64,000 bases of DNA, taken from the NCBI RefSeq assembly GCF_009914755.1, contig NC_060946.1. One strand, written 5' to 3'. Below, piece by piece: positions 40,060 to 64,000 of the stretch. Below the pieces are notes generated by a model. It ran no database searches. It was not told the origin of the DNA and saw only the letters and a program-made list of their open reading frames with translations. A program made the translations under genes and the position numbers. Position 1 is the first letter of the stretch. Every line of letters starts with the position of its first letter. Source of the DNA: the human T2T-CHM13v2.0 reference genome, Homo sapiens.

Positions 40060-40449
40060 AACAAATGCTCCCCCTACCCTCACCCCATCACAGCACCCTG
40101 AGAATCACGGGTCCAACTGTGTGGGAGGGGGCTGTGGAAAGCCAGGATGAATGGGGGCAGTAGGTAGGGGGCTGGGTGGGCCTCTGCACCTCATGTCACT
40201 GGCTCCTGGGAGCAGAGAATCAGGCTGGGCACAGAGGCCTCTTCTCTGACCAGGCACCAGCAGGGCAGCTCCATCCAAGGGAAGCGAGGGCTGCCCACTG
40301 GCCCAGCCAGAGAGCATGAGGGGTCAGGGCTGGCTGGAGAAAGGAGGAGGAGAAGTGACTCTGGTCCATCACACTTAGGTCCTCTGGCCTGCCTCTGCCA
40401 CATCCAGCTGCTAGGGGCTGGCCTCAGCCCTGTGAGGGGCCGCAGGCAC

Positions 40450-55237
<14,788 letters not shown>

Positions 55238-55917
55238 CGCTCCACGTTGAGGAGCCGACTAGGGCCGCGCGTACAGGGAGCTCCACTTCCTCCCGCACGT
55301 GCCCTGCCAAGGACCCCGAGGACCCTCCCCACCCCACGCTGTCTGTTTGTGCGGGCTGCCCAATGAGATGCCTGTACAAGTCCAGGGAAAGATGGGGATT
55401 TCCTCCTCAAGATTTAAAACTATAGTCTGAAAAAAATCACTGAGAACACTCTTTCCAGATCTTTCCCGCTCACAATGGTTACAAACACTTTAAGTGTTAA
55501 AACAAACGTGGATATACAGGCTTTTCTGTAATCACCCTGATGACGATTCATTGACTGTGAGCCTCGTTGCATGTTGGGACGGAGAGGGGCGGAAGGCTTA
55601 GGGACAGCGCGGTGCCTTCTGGGATGCAGAGGGGCGCCGCACTCCATGGTGCGCGATAGGATTGCGTTGTCAAGGTAACGGTTGCTAAGCGTCGTCAGAC
55701 TTCGGCTGCCGCTGCTGAGAAGCGGTTCCCGAGGGGCAGGGTGAGACTGCGCTGAGTTCCCACCGGCTTCGGGTTCTCTTTGGTTCATTCGCGGTTATGC
55801 GGCTAAAATAGAAAAAAGGAAGACATTTTTCCTCGCGGAGGTATAGAGATCCTAGAGGCCACTTATATTTTCTGAGCCTTAGTGGTGGACTCGTGGTATA
55901 TTTAAAATGTACATTCA

Positions 55918-59124
<3,207 letters not shown>

Positions 59125-60082
59125 TCAACCCTGGGTTTAAAGGTGGCCTCCCTGATTCCCTCCATTCAGACCACGGAGGGAACATTTTGTGGACCCTGGG
59201 CTTACCGGCAGGGGTGGAGGTGTAATCCGGTCAAACTCAGCTGATTCGTAGATTTTGTGAGGGTGCTTATGCTAAGAGTACTCTCAAAGGGTCACCTGGG
59301 TAAGGGAAGTGCAATTATAGGGGGTGCTTAGTACTAACGGGACAGTCTCTAGCCAACCACCTTCAGGAACCCTTTGGCTTACATGTTTAAAAACCACATG
59401 GAAAGTTCAAAGACATGCTAGCTTTTTTGGGACGCTAGCTGGCTACATATTATAGCCCGTTTTTGTGCACATTTTTAAACTGGTGGGCAAATTACATCAA
59501 GGAAAATTCAGAGCTCAAATGGTCAACCTGCAGTTACAGAGTTAACATGTAGAGTCTTCTACATTCTCTATTTTATTTTTCTACCTGCTTTAAGTCTGTT
59601 GACTTTTCTACTGGTGTTGAGATAAAACTCTTTACAGTGTTACTAATTCAAGGCTACCTGGAGATTTTTTCTATATAGTTCAGCCAGGTTCCAGCTAAAA
59701 TATAAGCATTAAAAATTTAACCCTAAACTCATTGTTTTTTCAAGTGTGTGTGTGTGTGTGCGTGTGTATATGGATATGGGGTCTTGCTATGTTGCCCAGG
59801 CTGGTTTCCAACGTCTGGGCTCAAGCAGTCCTCCTGCCTCAGCCTCTGAAAGTGCTGGGATTACAGGCATGAGCCACCATGCCTGGCCCCATTTAAAACT
59901 TAAAAAAAAAAAAAAAGATTTTAAAAATCAAACTGCCATGGAAACTACCCAAAATTTTGGTTCACAGCCTCCATTAGATTACCTATTAGGATAAATAAAG
60001 TTTAGCCATGTAAACAAGTTCCAGTTTTGTCAAAAATAATTTGGACCCAACCATCTTTTATAAACCGATGACTCTGTAGTAC

Positions 60083-61963
<1,881 letters not shown>

Positions 61964-62442
61964 GTACTATGCCAGGATTAGAGCTCTAAGGTAAAACCCG
62001 TAAAAAAAAAAATTATTTTTTCACTCTGTTTAGTAGGTTGGAGTGCAGTGGTAACAATCTCCGGTCGCTGCAACCTCTGCTTCCCGGGTTTAGGTGATTC
62101 TCGTGCCTCAGGTTCCTGAGTAGCTGGGATTAAAGGTGTTTGCTACCACGCCTGGCTCATTTTTGTATTTTTAGTAGAAGTTGGGTTTTGCCATGCTGGC
62201 CAGGCTGGTATTGAACTCCTTACCTTAAGTGACCCCCGCACCTCGGCCTCCCAAAGTGTTAGGGTTACAGGCATGAACCACCACAACCGGCCTAAAGCTG
62301 TAAGATTTTTATTTGTGTATATATGTGGTTAGATGTGTTTACATATGTTGTATATTGTGTCTACATGGTACCAAGTTGACTTAAAAATAAATACTCGTAA
62401 ATTAAGAAAGCCCAAATATATTTTTCAAGTTTATGTGACTTA

Positions 62443-62488
<46 letters not shown>

Positions 62489-63164
62489 AGATGGAGTCCT
62501 GCTCTGTCATCCAGGCTAGAGTGCAGTGGTGCGATCTTGGCTCACTGCAACCTCCGTTTCCTGGGTTCGAAGCGATTCTCCTATCTCAGCCTCCTGAGTA
62601 GCTGGGGTTACAGGCATGTGCCACCATGACCAGCTACTTTTTGTATTTTTAGTTAGAGATGGGATTTTTACTATGTTGGCCAGGCTGGGCTCAAACTCCT
62701 GACAAGTGATCCACTTGCCTCAGCATCCCAAAGTGCTGGGATTACAGGCATGAGTCACAGCGTCTGGCCTGACTCAAGTAAATCTTTAATAAATAAACTG
62801 GTTTTAAAAGTTATTGGTAAAATAAAAATGTCTTCAAAATTGTTAACATACATTTTTGCCTTGGTTTATTGGTCAAAGTTTTTTACATGTGTCTCTGCTA
62901 GATACTTTAAGGGTGTTGGGGGTTTGGCATAAAGATTGTAAAACTATAAACCCAGCCGAAACCAAAATGACCTTTGTGTGTGATTTTTTGATAAATATGA
63001 CTAATTTAATATAACTAGTTTAATAGGAAACAGCGAAATCTTCCGAGTTATCAACAAAATAAGTACGTATTTTAAGATTCTTAGGTGAACATCTGATAGT
63101 CACAGGCTGTAAAAATAACAAATTTAATGATTACCTTTGTCTAATATCTCAGTTCTCATAACTA

Positions 63165-63521
<357 letters not shown>

Positions 63522-64000
63522 TTATAAATACAATTGTCATGTAATTTAAAATATTTATGTTAAATTAAATAACTGCTCATTAAATGCCTGGGTCATTTTC
63601 AATTTAAAAAATACGTTACAGGGCCAGGCTAGGTGGCTCACGCCTTTAATCCCAGCACTTTGGGAGGCAGAGACAGGCAGATAGCCTGATCTCAGGAGTT
63701 TGAGACCACCCTGGGCAAAATGGTGAAAACCCCATCTCTACTAAAACATAAAAAAATTAGCCAGGTGTGGTGGCACAAGCCTATAGTCCCAGCTACTTGG
63801 GAGGATGAGGTGCAAGAATTGCTTGAGCCAGGGAGATGGAGGTTGCAGTGTCAAGTTGAGGTTGTCAGGTTTTTTATCTTCAGCCTCTCGGCTCCTTCAG
63901 ACTTCAGGGGGTAGGTTTGCATGTAGCTGCTCACTGCAGAACAGTCTTATATAACATAGATAAAGAACTCTTGGCCAGGCGTGGTGGTTCACACCTGTAA

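Overview
This is human genomic DNA (Alu-rich, intron/exon structure), recognisable as the chr22q12.2 SEC14L6-GAL3ST1-PES1 interval. All three protein-coding genes are on the minus strand. SEC14L6 contributes its first two coding exons. GAL3ST1 (cerebroside sulfotransferase) is complete: 2 coding exons, 423 aa, and several alternative 5' exons. PES1 (pescadillo) is complete: 15 exons whose splice-site-derived lengths sum to 1767 nt = 588 aa + stop. Intron 1 of SEC14L6 holds an antisense, TSD-flanked SIRPA retrocopy (SIRPAP1) whose reading frame is stop-free apart from one 1-nt deletion near the ATG. The right end is ERV1 internal sequence carrying a solo LTR12 (ERV9) with a young 5'-truncated AluYa5 inside it. 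I cannot claim a new biological system with confidence. The best unexplained signals are the near-intact SIRPA retrocopy, a pair of ~140-nt paralogous structured-looking elements in PES1 introns 9 and 12, and the AluYa5-in-LTR12 candidate polymorphic promoter. Repeat family names and comparisons to reference proteins come from memory, not from database searches.
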